The position numbers were made by a program, and so were the translations under genes. A model generated the notes under the pieces. The model was not told where the DNA came from. It saw only the letters and a program-made list of their open reading frames with translations, and did no database searches. A stretch of DNA of 64,000 bases from an uncultured Pantoea sp. (GTDB lineage Bacteria > Pseudomonadota > Gammaproteobacteria > Enterobacterales > Enterobacteriaceae): the NCBI GenBank assembly GCA_966185695.1, contig CBIFUL010000010.1:2718-66717 (forward strand), read 5' to 3'. This document shows, one piece after another, positions 18,872-29,729 of the stretch. How positions within the stretch are numbered: the first letter of the stretch is position 1; every line of letters starts with the position of its first letter.

Positions 18872-18893
18872 ACGGAAGCCCGAGCGGGCTTCC
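18872..18893 (-). terminator. Hairpin downstream of the NCS2 permease
   Basis: cggaagcccg-ag-cgggcttccg. Confidence 0.55.
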
Positions 18894-18904
18894 GTAAACA
18901 GCGT

Positions 18905-20206
18905 TTAGGCGCTCAGCCAACCCAGTTTGATGACAAACAGAATCGACAAAATAATCAGCGCCGCATTGATCTCTTTGGTGCGGCCGCTCAGCAGTTTCAC
19001 TACCGTCCAGGTAATGAAGCCAAACGCGATGCCGTTAGCGATGGAGTACGTCAGCGGCATGGTCAGCGCGGTGACCGTCACCGGTGCCGCCGTGGTGATG
19101 TCTTTCCAGTCAATATCCGCAAGGCCAGACGCCATCAGTACCGCGACAAACAGTAGCGCTGGGGCAGTAGCGTAAACCGGTACGCTGCCCGCCAGCGGCG
19201 AGAAGAACAGGCTCAGCAAGAACAGGATCGCCACCACAATCGCCGTCAATCCGGTGCGGCCACCGGCGCTCACGCCCGCCGCAGACTCCACATAGCTGGT
19301 GGTGGTTGACGTGCCGAGCAGCGAACCAAACAGGGCTGCGGCGCTGTCCGCGATCAGCGCACGGCCCATCTTCGGCACGTTGCCCTTCTCATCGGCTAAA
19401 CCGGCACGCTTGGTCACGCCCAGCAGTGTACCGGTGTTATCAAACACATCCACGAACAGGAAGGCAAAGATCACGCTCACCAGGCCGACGTTGAAGGCAC
19501 CGGCAATATCCAACTGCATAAAGGTCGGCGCGATCGACGGTGGCGCAGAGAACACGCCGCCAAACGGCGTCAGGCCAATGCCCATGGAGATGAAAGTAAC
19601 CACTAAAATGCCGATCAGCACCGCGCCCGTTACGCGTCGCGCTTCCAGCACCACAATGATAAAGAAGCCCACCAGCGCCAGAATCGGGCCAGGCTTAGTG
19701 AGATCGCCTAATCCCACGAGCGTCGCCGGGTTATCCACCACGATGCCCGCGCCTTCCAGCGCGATAATCGCCAGGAACAGACCGATGCCCGCGCCGATGC
19801 CGGCACGCAGCGGCAGCGGAATGCTGGTGATGATCCACTCACGGATTTTAAACAGCGACATGGCAAAGAAAATCACCGCCGAGAGGAACACCGCGCCCAA
19901 CGCGATCTGCCACGTGTAACCCATGTGCAGCACCACGGTGTAGGTAAAGAAGGCGTTCAATCCCATACCCGGCGCAAGCGCAATCGGGTAGTTGGCGATA
20001 AAGCCCATCAGCAAGCAACCAATCGCTGCCGCTAAGCAGGTGGCAACGAACACCGCGCCTTTATCCATGCCGGTTGCGCCGAGAATGCTCGGGTTAACAA
20101 ACAGGATGTAAGCCATGGCCAGGAAGGTGGTCAGCCCGGCAATCATCTCCGTGCGAACCGTGGTGTTGTGCGCTTTTAGTTTGAACAGTTTTTCTAACAT
20201 CATCAT
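18905..20206 (-). CDS. NCS2/AzgA-family purine permease (GhxP/AdeP-like)
   Basis: TTFLAMAYILFVNP, PIALAPGMGLNAFF, DVFDNTGTL, ESAAGVSAGGRTGL. Confidence 0.9.
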   Translation of the reverse strand: MMMLEKLFKLKAHNTTVRTEMIAGLTTFLAMAYILFVNPSILGATGMDKGAVFVATCLAAAIGCLLMGFIANYPIALAPGMGLNAFFTYTVVLHMGYTWQIALGAVFLSAVIFFAMSLFKIREWIITSIPLPLRAGIGAGIGLFLAIIALEGAGIVVDNPATLVGLGDLTKPGPILALVGFFIIVVLEARRVTGAVLIGILVVTFISMGIGLTPFGGVFSAPPSIAPTFMQLDIAGAFNVGLVSVIFAFLFVDVFDNTGTLLGVTKRAGLADEKGNVPKMGRALIADSAAALFGSLLGTSTTTSYVESAAGVSAGGRTGLTAIVVAILFLLSLFFSPLAGSVPVYATAPALLFVAVLMASGLADIDWKDITTAAPVTVTALTMPLTYSIANGIAFGFITWTVVKLLSGRTKEINAALIILSILFVIKLGWLSA

Positions 20207-20391
20207 CTCTCATGAGCGGAGACGGCACGAATGCGCGTTCTCACTTGCCAATGTGGTTATCTGTTTGTTGTTATTGATGAAAGCGAAACCCGCTGGACGT
20301 AAGGTTTTGCAACCTTCCGCTTTCCCCTGTCCACGTTACGTCATCCTGCAATCTGAATGATTGGCTATAGCAAGCGCTATGCCAGCTCGCG

Positions 20392-20496
20392 ACGCAATCG
20401 TTTACCTAGCGATTGACGGCTGCGGCTCGGATTATTCTGAACCAGAACGAGGCGCGATTATGGTGCATTGCACCTGCGCGGCGCAATCGTTTTCCC
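20392..20496. promoter_or_regulatory. Two PurR operators upstream of the purine permease
   Basis: ACGCAATCGTTTACCT (20392-20407) and GCGCAATCGTTTTCCC (20481-20496) match ACGCAAACGTTT(G/T)CNT. Confidence 0.7.
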
Positions 20497-20647
20497 ATCC
20501 TGAATCTCCGCCTGGAAAATATTGCGGCAACGCACGATTTTGCACTCTGCCTGGCGATGCGGCTCACGTTTCTGCTGCCTGAAGCAGCAGCGGAAAAACA
20601 GCGGGTTACACTGCTTTTAACCCTTTCGTAACAAAAGAGGTGCGGCC

Positions 20648-21391
20648 ATGAAGCCCGCGATTCTGGTGGTTGATGACGATTGTGCCGTGTGCGAATTACT
20701 GCACGATGTTTTGAGTGAACATGTGTTTACCGTTTACAGCTGCCATCAGGGCAAAGATGCGCTGGCGCTGTTGGCGCTGCATCCGGAAATTTCACTGGTG
20801 ATGCTGGACATGATGCTGCCAGACACCAACGGCCTGCTGGTGCTGCAACAGATGCAACGTCAGCGCCCTGACCTGCTGGTGATTATGCTGACCGGCATGG
20901 GATCGGAAGCCGATATGGTGGTGGGATTAGAAATGGGCGCGGATGATTACATCGCCAAACCTTTTAATCCGCGCGTGGTGGTGGCGCGGGCGCGGGCGGC
21001 GTTACGCCGTTGCGGACGCCTGGCGCAGCCGGAAAACGTGCAGGATGGCTGGCAGTTCAACGGCTGGAAGCTGGATGATGCGCGCTGTCAGCTGTTTAAC
21101 CCGCAGCGTGAAAGCGTGCCGTTGACGCAAGGGGAATATACGCTGTTGCGCGCGCTGGTGGGGCATGCCCGTAAAGTGCTGACCCGCGATCAGCTGCTGG
21201 AGCTGACGCACAGCGAAAGCCTCGACGTGTTTGATCGCACCATCGATGTGCTGATTATGCGGCTGCGGCGCAAAATCGAAACCAATCCGCATCAGCCAAG
21301 TTTGATTCGCACCATTCGCGGCCTCGGCTACGTTTTCTCGGCAGATGTGATGCGCCCTGCGGCTTCCGCGCGTGAAACGCAAATCGCCTGA
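20648..21391 (+). CDS. OmpR/TorR-family response regulator
   Basis: ILVVDDD, LDMMLPD, GADDYIAKPF, winged helix RTIDVLIMRLRRKIE...IRTIRGLGY. Confidence 0.92.
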   Translation: MKPAILVVDDDCAVCELLHDVLSEHVFTVYSCHQGKDALALLALHPEISLVMLDMMLPDTNGLLVLQQMQRQRPDLLVIMLTGMGSEADMVVGLEMGADDYIAKPFNPRVVVARARAALRRCGRLAQPENVQDGWQFNGWKLDDARCQLFNPQRESVPLTQGEYTLLRALVGHARKVLTRDQLLELTHSESLDVFDRTIDVLIMRLRRKIETNPHQPSLIRTIRGLGYVFSADVMRPAASARETQIA

Positions 21392-22380
21392 TCCATCCAG
21401 CGCTGCATCTCGGCCAGCGGCCGCGTGCCGTCCAGCGCGTTCGCGGCATGTAAATTGAAACAGGCGCAGGTATGCGCCAGCTTGAGCGTTTCCATCAGGG
21501 TCCAGCCTTCATGGCTGGCATACAGCACGCCAGCACAGAAGGCATCGCCCGCGCCGACGCTGCCCACAATCTCGTCTGGCGCCAGGCACCACGCCGGTTG
21601 CCAGTGCCCGGCACCGCCCGCTTCTTGTCCCCACGCGCCTTCCGGGGCGTGAATCACCACGCGCTGCCGCACCCCTTGCTGCACCAGCCACACGGCGGCG
21701 GCGGCAAAGGCCTGCGGTGCGGCCAATCCCTGGGCGCTGCGCAACGTCACACCGGTTAACGATTGGGCCTCCAGTTCGTTGATCACCAGATAATCGAGCC
21801 AGCGCAGCGCCGGCAGCACCAGCGGCTGATAGGCACCTTCGCGCGAGACCAAATCCAGCGAGGTGAGATAGCCGCGCTGCTGCATCTGCGCCAGCAGCCG
21901 CGCGCTGCGCGTGCCGTAATCGGCATCGGGCTGGTCGAGGCTGTCGAGCAGCAGCAGATAGCCGAGGTGGAAAATACGATGTGCAGACGCCAGCGTGGCG
22001 AAATGCGCTAAATCAAGCTGCGCATTAGCACCGCGCGCGTGAAAAAAGGTGCGTTGCCCATCCGGCGTGGTCATCACCTGGGTCATCGCGGTATTGACGC
22101 TGCGGGTGCGCTGCACGCCTGCGCGGTCAATGTGATGATCGTCCAGCAGTTGCAGAATGTAGTCGCCATCGCTGTCTTCGCCGATCATGCCCACGCCCGC
22201 CAGCGGCAGATTCACCTGCATGCGCGCCAGCGTAAACAGCACATTGAGCGCCGCGCCGCCGCTGCATTTTTCACTGTGCTGAATGTCCGCCAGCCAGCCT
22301 TGCTGCGGCCAATGGCTGATGCGCTGCACGTGATCCACCAGCATGCTGCCGGCACCAATAATGCCGCTGCGTGCGCGCAT
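21328..22380 (-). CDS. PfkB-family carbohydrate kinase
   Basis: SGGAALNV, NELEA, GSVGAGDAFCAG; ATG at 22380. Confidence 0.88.
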   Translation of the reverse strand: MRARSGIIGAGSMLVDHVQRISHWPQQGWLADIQHSEKCSGGAALNVLFTLARMQVNLPLAGVGMIGEDSDGDYILQLLDDHHIDRAGVQRTRSVNTAMTQVMTTPDGQRTFFHARGANAQLDLAHFATLASAHRIFHLGYLLLLDSLDQPDADYGTRSARLLAQMQQRGYLTSLDLVSREGAYQPLVLPALRWLDYLVINELEAQSLTGVTLRSAQGLAAPQAFAAAAVWLVQQGVRQRVVIHAPEGAWGQEAGGAGHWQPAWCLAPDEIVGSVGAGDAFCAGVLYASHEGWTLMETLKLAHTCACFNLHAANALDGTRPLAEMQRWMDQAICVSRAEAAGRITSAEKT

Positions 22381-22381
22381 C

Positions 22382-23242
22382 TCATGCCCTCCCGGCGCTG
22401 CCAAACACCTGCATTTGCTGCGCCACCACGTTGGCGATTTCGCGCTCAACCGCCATCAGCAGCTCGGCAAACGCATCGTAACGCGCACTGCGTTGGCCGA
22501 TCTGCGTTTCAATCGCCCCGAGCGCCGCCTGCGACATGCCGGTATAAAAGTTGATTTTGTGGATGCCTAAGCTTACCGCCCGCCGGAAATCGGCATCGCT
22601 AATGCCGGAGCCGCCGTGCAGCACCAGCGGTACGCCCGCCGAAGCGCGAATCGCCGCCAGCCGCTCAAAATCCAGCTTTGGCTCGCCTTTGTATTTGCCG
22701 TGCGCGTTGCCAATCGCCACCGCCAGGCAGTCGATGCCGGTGGCGTGGACGAAATCGGCCGCCTGCGCCGGATCGGTAAATTTGTCGCTGTCCGCTTCAC
22801 CAAACAGCGCGCCGCCTTCATCCCCGCCCACCGCTCCCAGCTCCGCTTCCACCGAGATACCCAGCGCGTGGCACATTTTCACCACTTCACGCGTCTGGCG
22901 CACGTTTTCGTCGTAGCTGAGGGTGGAACCGTCAAACATCACCGAGGTAAAGCCGAGGCGAATCGCCTGCATTACCGCCTCAAAATGCAGGCCGTGATCG
23001 AGGTGCAGCACCACCGGAATCGCGTGCCGCGCCGCTTCCGTGCGCACCGCCGCCACCAGATGATCGAGGCTGACATAGTTAAAATGCACTTCGGCGATGC
23101 TGATAATAAACGGCGAGCGCTGCTGCTCCGCCGCCTGATAGAGCGCCCGCAGAAAATGGGTGTCGAGCACGTTAAATGCGCCAAGCGCGTAGCCGTTTTG
23201 CTGCGCATGCGCCAGGCCCTGCGCCAGAGAAATCAGTGCCAT
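22382..23242 (-). CDS. Class II ketose-bisphosphate aldolase
   Basis: GAFNV, LHLDHG, SVMFDGS, VEAELG, AIGNAHGKY, LVLHGGSG; start at 23242 after GGAG/AGGT. Confidence 0.9.
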   Translation of the reverse strand: MALISLAQGLAHAQQNGYALGAFNVLDTHFLRALYQAAEQQRSPFIISIAEVHFNYVSLDHLVAAVRTEAARHAIPVVLHLDHGLHFEAVMQAIRLGFTSVMFDGSTLSYDENVRQTREVVKMCHALGISVEAELGAVGGDEGGALFGEADSDKFTDPAQAADFVHATGIDCLAVAIGNAHGKYKGEPKLDFERLAAIRASAGVPLVLHGGSGISDADFRRAVSLGIHKINFYTGMSQAALGAIETQIGQRSARYDAFAELLMAVEREIANVVAQQMQVFGSAGRA

Positions 23243-23305
23243 CAGGAGTACCTCCCGGTTGTCGTCGCTGGGGTAATGAACATTAAACGGCAGATTTGTA
23301 TGCCA

Positions 23306-23373
23306 GGTGCGCATCACTGCGCACCCAACCTAAAACGTGCGCTGTCGTTGTTGGGTCGCCATTGATGGCGACC
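23306..23373. repeat. REP-A/REP-B pair (family 1), GTTG variant
   Basis: ggtgcgcatcactgcgcacccaac ... gttgggtcgccattgatggcgacc. Confidence 0.85.
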
Positions 23374-23394
23374 TGCTCGCGCGCACGCTGCACG

Positions 23395-24333
23395 TTATTT
23401 CACCGTCCAGCCCTTGTACCCGCTGACGCTGTCACGATCGATCAGGGTGACCGGAATCAGCACCGGCTTATCCGGCGCGGCTTTTCCTTGCAGGATGTCG
23501 TAACCGATCTCCACCGCTTTCGCCGCCATCACCTGCGGATCCTGCGCTGGCGTGGCGACGAACAGCGAACCTTTGCGCTTCAGCGCTTCTTCGCCATCCG
23601 GCGATCCATCCACGCCCACAATAAAGAATTCGCTGCGCTGCGCCTGCTTGGCGGCCAGATCGGCACCGATCGCCGTTGGATCGTTAATCGCGAACACCGC
23701 ATCAATTTTCGGGTGCGCCGACAGCAAGCCGGTCATCACTTCCAGCCCGCCTTCGCGGCTGCCTTTGGCGTTCTGGTTATAGGAGAGCAGCTTAATATCC
23801 GGGTGGGTTTTCAGCTCGCTCATGCAGCCTTCCACGCGGTTTTGCACTGCTGAAACCGGCGGCCCGTTGATGATCACCACGTTGCCTTTGGCTTTCAGGC
23901 GGTCGGAGATGTATTTACACGCCATCGCCCCCGCCTGGGTGTTATCGGAGGTAATGGTGGCATTGGCACCATCGGCCGCCACGTCAACCGCCACCACCAC
24001 AATGCCCGCATCACGCGCGCGCTTTACCGCTGGCGCGATGCCCTTGGAGTCGGCGGCGTTAAGAATAATCATGTCCACTTTGGCGGCGATGAAGTTATCG
24101 ATCTGCGCCACCTGCTGACCGAGGTCGTAACCGCTCGATACCAATGTCACGTTAACCTTATCGCCCGCCAGCTCGCGCGCCTTCAGCTCTGCGCCTTTGG
24201 TGATCTGCACGAAGAACGGGTTGGCGAGATCGCCGACGGTGACACCAATGGATTTCAACTCTTTGGCCTGCACAATTGGCGCACTCAACAGCGTAGCCGC
24301 CAGCAGTCCGCTAATAATCGGATTAAAACGCAT
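23395..24333 (-). CDS. Sugar ABC transporter periplasmic binding protein (RbsB-like)
   Basis: Signal peptide, LANPFF, AINDPTAIGA, VGVDGS; ATG at 24333. Confidence 0.9.
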   Translation of the reverse strand: MRFNPIISGLLAATLLSAPIVQAKELKSIGVTVGDLANPFFVQITKGAELKARELAGDKVNVTLVSSGYDLGQQVAQIDNFIAAKVDMIILNAADSKGIAPAVKRARDAGIVVVAVDVAADGANATITSDNTQAGAMACKYISDRLKAKGNVVIINGPPVSAVQNRVEGCMSELKTHPDIKLLSYNQNAKGSREGGLEVMTGLLSAHPKIDAVFAINDPTAIGADLAAKQAQRSEFFIVGVDGSPDGEEALKRKGSLFVATPAQDPQVMAAKAVEIGYDILQGKAAPDKPVLIPVTLIDRDSVSGYKGWTVK

Positions 24334-24410
24334 AGTCGATGTTCTCCTGCCTTTTGGTTTTATGTGGTTGCCGTCAACGGCAACCCTGCTTAACAACCGG
24401 TTATTGCTCG

Positions 24411-25394
24411 TTAACTGATGTGATGGCGCGTGCGATATTTGTCGATCAATACCGCGATGATGATCACCGCACCCTTAATCACTAACTGCCAGAAATAGGA
24501 GACGCCCATCAGCGTCATGCCGTTATTCAGCGTGGCGATAATCAGCGCGCCGATCAGCGTGCCGGTAATGGTGCCGATGCCGCCGACAAAGCTGGTGCCG
24601 CCGAGGATCACCGCCGCAATGGCATCCAATTCATAGCCCACGCCGAGGTTGCCGTTGGCGCTGTACAAGCGCGAGGCGCTCATCAAACCGCCCAGGCCGG
24701 AAAGCAGGCCGCTCATGGCATACACAAACACCAGCACCATGCCGACTTTAATGCCGGTCAAACGCGCCGCCTGCACGTTGCCGCCGACCGCGTAGATGTG
24801 CACGCCCAGCGTGGTGCGTCGCAGGATGAACCAGCACAGCGCAATCACCGCGAAGGCGATGATGATCAGCCACGGCACCGGGCCAAGGTAGCCGTTGCCG
24901 ATCCACTCAAAGTTGATGTCGGAGTTAATCACCGTGGTGCCGTCCGCCAATAAATACGCCGCGCCGCGTAAGGCGGTGTAGGTGCCGAGCGTGACGATAA
25001 ACGGCGGCAAGCCCGCGCCCGCCACCAGCAAGCCGTTGAACAGCCCCATGATTAAACCCGCGCCGAGCGCAGCCGGGATGGTCAAACCGGCAAACGCCGG
25101 ATCGAGCGACACCACCATCGCCACCACTGCGGTGGTGCCGAGCATCGATCCCACCGACAAATCAATGCCGCCGGTGAGAATCACAAATGTCATCCCTGCC
25201 GCCAGCACGATATTGATCGACGCCTGGCGAGTGATATTGAGCAGATTGCCTTCGGTAAAGAAGTTCGGCGCAACGAAGCCAAACACCGCCACAATCAGAA
25301 TTAAAATCGGCAAGATGCCGACGGTTTGCAGCAGATCGCTCATCAACGCGCGCTTCAGCGTTGGGCTTTTTACGCGTGCGGTTTCACTGGTCAT
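24411..25394 (-). CDS. Sugar ABC transporter permease (RbsC-like)
   Basis: GGIDLSVGS, PPFIVTLG, YELDAIAAVILGGTS. Confidence 0.92.
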   Translation of the reverse strand: MTSETARVKSPTLKRALMSDLLQTVGILPILILIVAVFGFVAPNFFTEGNLLNITRQASINIVLAAGMTFVILTGGIDLSVGSMLGTTAVVAMVVSLDPAFAGLTIPAALGAGLIMGLFNGLLVAGAGLPPFIVTLGTYTALRGAAYLLADGTTVINSDINFEWIGNGYLGPVPWLIIIAFAVIALCWFILRRTTLGVHIYAVGGNVQAARLTGIKVGMVLVFVYAMSGLLSGLGGLMSASRLYSANGNLGVGYELDAIAAVILGGTSFVGGIGTITGTLIGALIIATLNNGMTLMGVSYFWQLVIKGAVIIIAVLIDKYRTRHHIS

Positions 25395-25404
25395 TGCGCT
25401 CTCC

Positions 25405-26910
25405 TCAGGCCGAAACCGGCTGCGCGCCGGTGGCCAGTGTCATAATGTTTTCCTGGCTGATGTCAGTGCCGCCCAGTTCCCCGGCGATGGTGCCTTCGCG
25501 CATCACATACACGCGGTCGCTCATGCCCACCACTTCCGGCAGCTCGCTGGAGATCATCAAAATCGCCACGCCCTGCTGCGCCATCTGATTCATCATGCGG
25601 TAGATTTCGCTCTTGGCGCCGACGTCCACGCCGCGCGTGGGTTCATCCAGAATCAGGATGCGCGGCGCAATCGATACCCAGCGCGAAATCAGCAGCTTCT
25701 GCTGATTACCGCCGGACAAGCCGCCCGCGCGTACCTGCGCATGCGGCACGCGAATGTTCAGCGCCGCAATCGCCTCGCTGGCGATCTTCTGCCCCTTGCG
25801 CCGGTTGAGCAGGCCGTAGCTGGCGTCGCGTTCCAGCGTCGCCATCACAATGTTTTCCTGCGCCGCCATGTCGAGGAACAAGCCCTGCTCTTTGCGGTTC
25901 TCCGTAAGAAAACCGATGCCGCGCGCAATCGCATCGCGCGGCGAGTGAATCTGCACCTTCTCTCCGTCGATCCAGATTTCGCCGCCTTTGGGCTTATGCA
26001 CGCCGAAAATCAGCTGCGCCAGTTCGCTGCGTCCCGCGCCAACCAATCCGGCCAGGCCGACGATTTCGCCGGAACGCACCACCAGGCTGCTGGGGTGCAC
26101 TTTGCGTTTGTCGCACAGGTGATTCACCGCCAGGCGAATATCGCCGAACGGAATGTTGCGGTCTTTGTTGAACAGATCGCTCAGCGGACGCCCCACCATC
26201 ATCTTCACCAGTTCGTTGGCGTTGAGCTGTTCGCGCGTCAAACTGCCAACGTATTGCCCATCGCGCAGCACGCTCACGCGATCCGACAGCTCATACACTT
26301 CCGCCATGCGGTGGCTGATGTAGATGATCGCCATGCCTTCGCCGCGCAGACGTTTGATCAGCGCAAACAGCTGTTCGGTTTCACGGTTGGAGAGTGCCGC
26401 AGTGGGTTCATCCATCACCAGAATGCGGCTGTTGCGGTGCAGCGCGCGGGCAATCTCCACCTGCTGCTGCTCGGCGATGCTGAGTCGGCTGACCAGATCG
26501 GTGGCGCTAAACTGCGCGCCAAGGCGATTAATCACCGCCTGCGCCTGTTCGGCCATTTGGCGGCGTTTAACCAGCCCGCCGCGCGTGATCTCGCTACCAA
26601 GAAAGATGTTTTCCGCCACGGTGAGATTGGGCGCGAGATTGATCTCCTGATAAATCAGCGTGATGCCCGCTGCCAGCGCCTCTTTCGGCCCTTTAATGCT
26701 GTAGGGCTGGCCATCAATAAAAATGTCGCCGCTGCTGGCGGTATAGGCGCCAGCCAGAATCTTCATCAAGGTGCTTTTCCCCGCGCCGTTTTCGCCCATC
26801 AGCGCATGCACCTCGCCCGGCCACACCCTGAGATCCACCCCTTTTAGCGCGTAGAAGTTGCCGAAGCGCCGGGTTATTGCGCGCATTTCCAGAATCGGTG
26901 CTACCGCCAT
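25405..26910 (-). CDS. Sugar ABC transporter ATP-binding protein (RbsA-like, two ABC domains)
   Basis: [37 protein letters not shown]. Confidence 0.93.
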   Translation of the reverse strand: MAVAPILEMRAITRRFGNFYALKGVDLRVWPGEVHALMGENGAGKSTLMKILAGAYTASSGDIFIDGQPYSIKGPKEALAAGITLIYQEINLAPNLTVAENIFLGSEITRGGLVKRRQMAEQAQAVINRLGAQFSATDLVSRLSIAEQQQVEIARALHRNSRILVMDEPTAALSNRETEQLFALIKRLRGEGMAIIYISHRMAEVYELSDRVSVLRDGQYVGSLTREQLNANELVKMMVGRPLSDLFNKDRNIPFGDIRLAVNHLCDKRKVHPSSLVVRSGEIVGLAGLVGAGRSELAQLIFGVHKPKGGEIWIDGEKVQIHSPRDAIARGIGFLTENRKEQGLFLDMAAQENIVMATLERDASYGLLNRRKGQKIASEAIAALNIRVPHAQVRAGGLSGGNQQKLLISRWVSIAPRILILDEPTRGVDVGAKSEIYRMMNQMAQQGVAILMISSELPEVVGMSDRVYVMREGTIAGELGGTDISQENIMTLATGAQPVSA

Positions 26911-27049
26911 TGAGAAACTCCTGCTGGCAAAGGTTGCAGCGAGTTAACCAACTCCAGATAAATGGAAAATGTCAGCGGCCGTTCATATTTGTCATATTGC
27001 GCGCAGGCGGATCGCGCACACTGGCCGTGGGAAGTAATGGTCAACATAA

Positions 27050-27125
27050 CGCGATGAATCGCGTCGCTACCCTGATGTGCGGGATGGATTGCCCGCACAC
27101 CCGGTAGCGGCGCAATTTATTGCGC
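27050..27125. repeat. REP pair (family 2), GTAG ends facing inward
   Basis: cgcgatgaatcgcgtcgctac ... gtagcggcgcaatttattgcgc with an internal gtgcggg...cccgcac hairpin. Confidence 0.85.
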
Positions 27126-27143
27126 AATGCCGAGGTGGCAGCA

Positions 27144-29729
27144 ATGTCCCACAATCTGCACTGGCACGCGGGCGCACGCGGCCGCCTGCTGCTGTTTAAT
27201 CTGCTGGTGGTGAGCGTCACACTGGCGGTGAGCCTGGTGGCCATTTTTGGCTTTCGCCACGCCGGTCACATTCAGGAACAGGCGCAGGCGCAAACGCTGG
27301 CGGATATGAACGGCAGCCTGGCGCTGGCGCGTGACACTGCCAACGTGGCGACCGCGGCGGTGCGCCTGTCGCAGGTGGTCGGCGCGCTGGAGTACCAAAG
27401 CGAATCCGCACGCCTCCAGCAAACCCAGCAGGCGCTACAGCATTCCCTAACGCAACTCGCTAACGCGCCGCTCGCCGCGCTGCAACCGGCGCTGCTGGCG
27501 CGTATTCGCGAGCGCAGCCAGATGCTGGAACAGAGCATCAATCAACTGCTGCGCGTCGGCCATCAGCGTCATCTGCAACGCAACGTGATGCTGAGCGGCC
27601 TGTGGCAGGCGCAGCTGCTGCTCACCCGTATCAATACGCTCGTCACCGACTCCTCTTTCCTGCCGCTGCGCCAGCAAACGGAAGCGCTGCTTAACGTGGC
27701 GATCCAATCAGCGGCACCGCAGGCGGCGGAGCAGCAGCTGCATCAGGTGCTGCCTATCTGGGCGGCGCTGCCGCTGCAAGACGCCCTGGCGATGCAGCGC
27801 GATCGCCTGGTCACCACCGCCAGCGGTTTGCAAGCCGTGGCGCAGCAGCTGGATCAGAGCGACATCGCCATCGCCTACGCCACCTACCGCATTAAAGCGC
27901 TGGTGGCGATGCTCAATGACGACATCACCCATTACGTGCAGTTGGTGGCGCAGCAAAGCGACGCGCGCAGCGCCACCGCGCACGCTGAACTGGATTCGAT
28001 CATCGGCTTTATCGGCCTGTTCATGCTGCTGGCGCTGCTGATCACCGGCTACGCCGGTTATTACATTTATCGCAATCTCGGCTCCAGCCTGACGGCGATT
28101 GCCCACGCGATGACGCGGCTGGCGCAGGGCGAGAAGAGCGTTAACGTGCCGGGACTGGCGCGGCGCGATGAGCTGGGCGATCTGGCGCGCGCGTTCAACG
28201 TGTTCGCGCGCAACACCGCCTCGCTGGCGCACACCTCGCGGCTGCTGAAAGAGAAAAGCAACCAGCTGGAATCGACCTTTCTGGCGATGCGCGATGGCTT
28301 TGCGCTGTTCGACAACAGCGGTCAACTGGTGGTGTGGAACGCACAATATCCCGAGCTGCTCGGCATTGCGCCGCGCGAGCTTTACTGCGGCCTGCACTAT
28401 CAGCGCTTACTGGAACAGCTGGATGTGCAGCTCAGCAGCCTGCATGACGCGCAAGAGGTGCGCCTGCCGGATGGCCGCACGCTGGAGCTGCGCTTCAGCC
28501 CGGTGCCGCGTCGCGGCATGGTGAATACCGTGCTGGAACGCACCACGCGTAAAGCGCTGGAGGAAGCGCTGCTGCACAGCCAGAAGATGAAAGCGGTGGG
28601 ACAACTCACCGGCGGGCTGGCGCATGACTTCAATAACCTGCTGGCGGTGATCATCGGCAGCCTGGCGCTAACCGTGGATCAGCTGCCGCCCGGCACGCTG
28701 GCCAGCCGCATCGCGCGCGCGCGCCAGGCAGCGGATCGCGCCGCGCAGCTGACGCAGCGCCTGCTGGCGTTCTCGCGCAAGCAGGCGCTCTATCCGCGCG
28801 CGGTGGCGGTGGTGGAACTGGTGGACAATCTGCATGGGCTATTACAGCACTCGCTGCTGCCGGGACAAACGCTGGTGGTGGATGCGCAGCGTCCCGGCTG
28901 GCCGGCGTGGATCGATTCCGGGCAGCTGGAGAACGCCTTGATGAATCTGGTGGTGAACGCGCGCGATGCGATGGAGAAACAGAGCGGCGAAATCCGCCTG
29001 CGCATCTGGAATCAGCGCACCCAGGAGGGCGACGGCAAGCGCGATCGCGTCACGATTGAAGTGATCGATCACGGCTGCGGGATGTCAGCCGAGGTGCGCC
29101 AGCAGGTGTTTGAGCCGTTCTTCACCACCAAAGCCTTGGGCAGCGGCAGCGGGTTAGGCTTATCGATGGTGTACGGCTTTGTGCGTCAGTCTGGCGGGCA
29201 GATCGAACTGGAGACCGCACCGGGACAAGGCACCACCGTGCGTTTGCTGTTGCCGCGCGCGCCGGAAGCGGCGCAGCCGCTGCTCTCGCCGCCGCCCGTT
29301 GCGCCGCGCGCCAGCTGCGATCGCCTGGTGCTGGTGCTGGATGATGAACCGGCGGTGCGGCAAACGCTGTGTGAACATCTGCACCAGCTGGGCTATCTCA
29401 CGCTGGAGTGCGGCGATGGCGAAAGCGCGCTGACGCTGCTGCGGCAAACGCCGGATATCGAACTGTTGATCTGTGATTTGATGCTGCCGGGCAGCATCAA
29501 TGGCGCGGAGGTGATTCGTCAGGCGCAGCAGCAGTGGCCGCAGCTGGCTACGCTGCTGATCAGCGGCCAGGATCTGCGCCAGACGCCGGTGACGCTGCCG
29601 CTGTGTGAGCGGCTGGCGAAACCCTGGCATCAGGCGCAGCTGGTGCAGGCGCTGGAGCGCGCCTGGCAGCGCAGCGCACGGCTTAGTCGCGCGCGGCAGG
29701 CTGCCACAGGGGAATCCCCTTCCCGGTGA
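27144..29729 (+). CDS. Hybrid sensor histidine kinase (periplasmic sensor, HAMP, PAS-like, HisKA, HATPase, receiver)
   Basis: RRDELGDLA (HAMP), [11 protein letters not shown] (H box), [18 protein letters not shown], receiver VLVLDD...ICDLMLPG; start put at ATG 27144 because the TTG at 27120 lies in a REP. Confidence 0.9.
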   Translation: MSHNLHWHAGARGRLLLFNLLVVSVTLAVSLVAIFGFRHAGHIQEQAQAQTLADMNGSLALARDTANVATAAVRLSQVVGALEYQSESARLQQTQQALQHSLTQLANAPLAALQPALLARIRERSQMLEQSINQLLRVGHQRHLQRNVMLSGLWQAQLLLTRINTLVTDSSFLPLRQQTEALLNVAIQSAAPQAAEQQLHQVLPIWAALPLQDALAMQRDRLVTTASGLQAVAQQLDQSDIAIAYATYRIKALVAMLNDDITHYVQLVAQQSDARSATAHAELDSIIGFIGLFMLLALLITGYAGYYIYRNLGSSLTAIAHAMTRLAQGEKSVNVPGLARRDELGDLARAFNVFARNTASLAHTSRLLKEKSNQLESTFLAMRDGFALFDNSGQLVVWNAQYPELLGIAPRELYCGLHYQRLLEQLDVQLSSLHDAQEVRLPDGRTLELRFSPVPRRGMVNTVLERTTRKALEEALLHSQKMKAVGQLTGGLAHDFNNLLAVIIGSLALTVDQLPPGTLASRIARARQAADRAAQLTQRLLAFSRKQALYPRAVAVVELVDNLHGLLQHSLLPGQTLVVDAQRPGWPAWIDSGQLENALMNLVVNARDAMEKQSGEIRLRIWNQRTQEGDGKRDRVTIEVIDHGCGMSAEVRQQVFEPFFTTKALGSGSGLGLSMVYGFVRQSGGQIELETAPGQGTTVRLLLPRAPEAAQPLLSPPPVAPRASCDRLVLVLDDEPAVRQTLCEHLHQLGYLTLECGDGESALTLLRQTPDIELLICDLMLPGSINGAEVIRQAQQQWPQLATLLISGQDLRQTPVTLPLCERLAKPWHQAQLVQALERAWQRSARLSRARQAATGESPSR

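Noticed and set aside
9319-20000. Genomic island or prophage integrated at tRNA-Asn
   Set aside because: No integrase and no att duplication; the downstream yeeO-amn order matches the core backbone.
23243-23317. N-terminal extensions in the ORF track (aldolase to 23317, phnE to 31484, phnL to 36733, kinase from 27120)
   Set aside because: These starts lie in or next to REP elements; downstream starts with an RBS match the family N-termini.
24982-26847. 621-aa antisense ORF, and similar long shadows such as 34767-36077, 53295-54407 and 55116-56513
   Set aside because: They lie opposite well-supported genes, have no recognisable motifs, and are expected from codon bias in GC-rich DNA.
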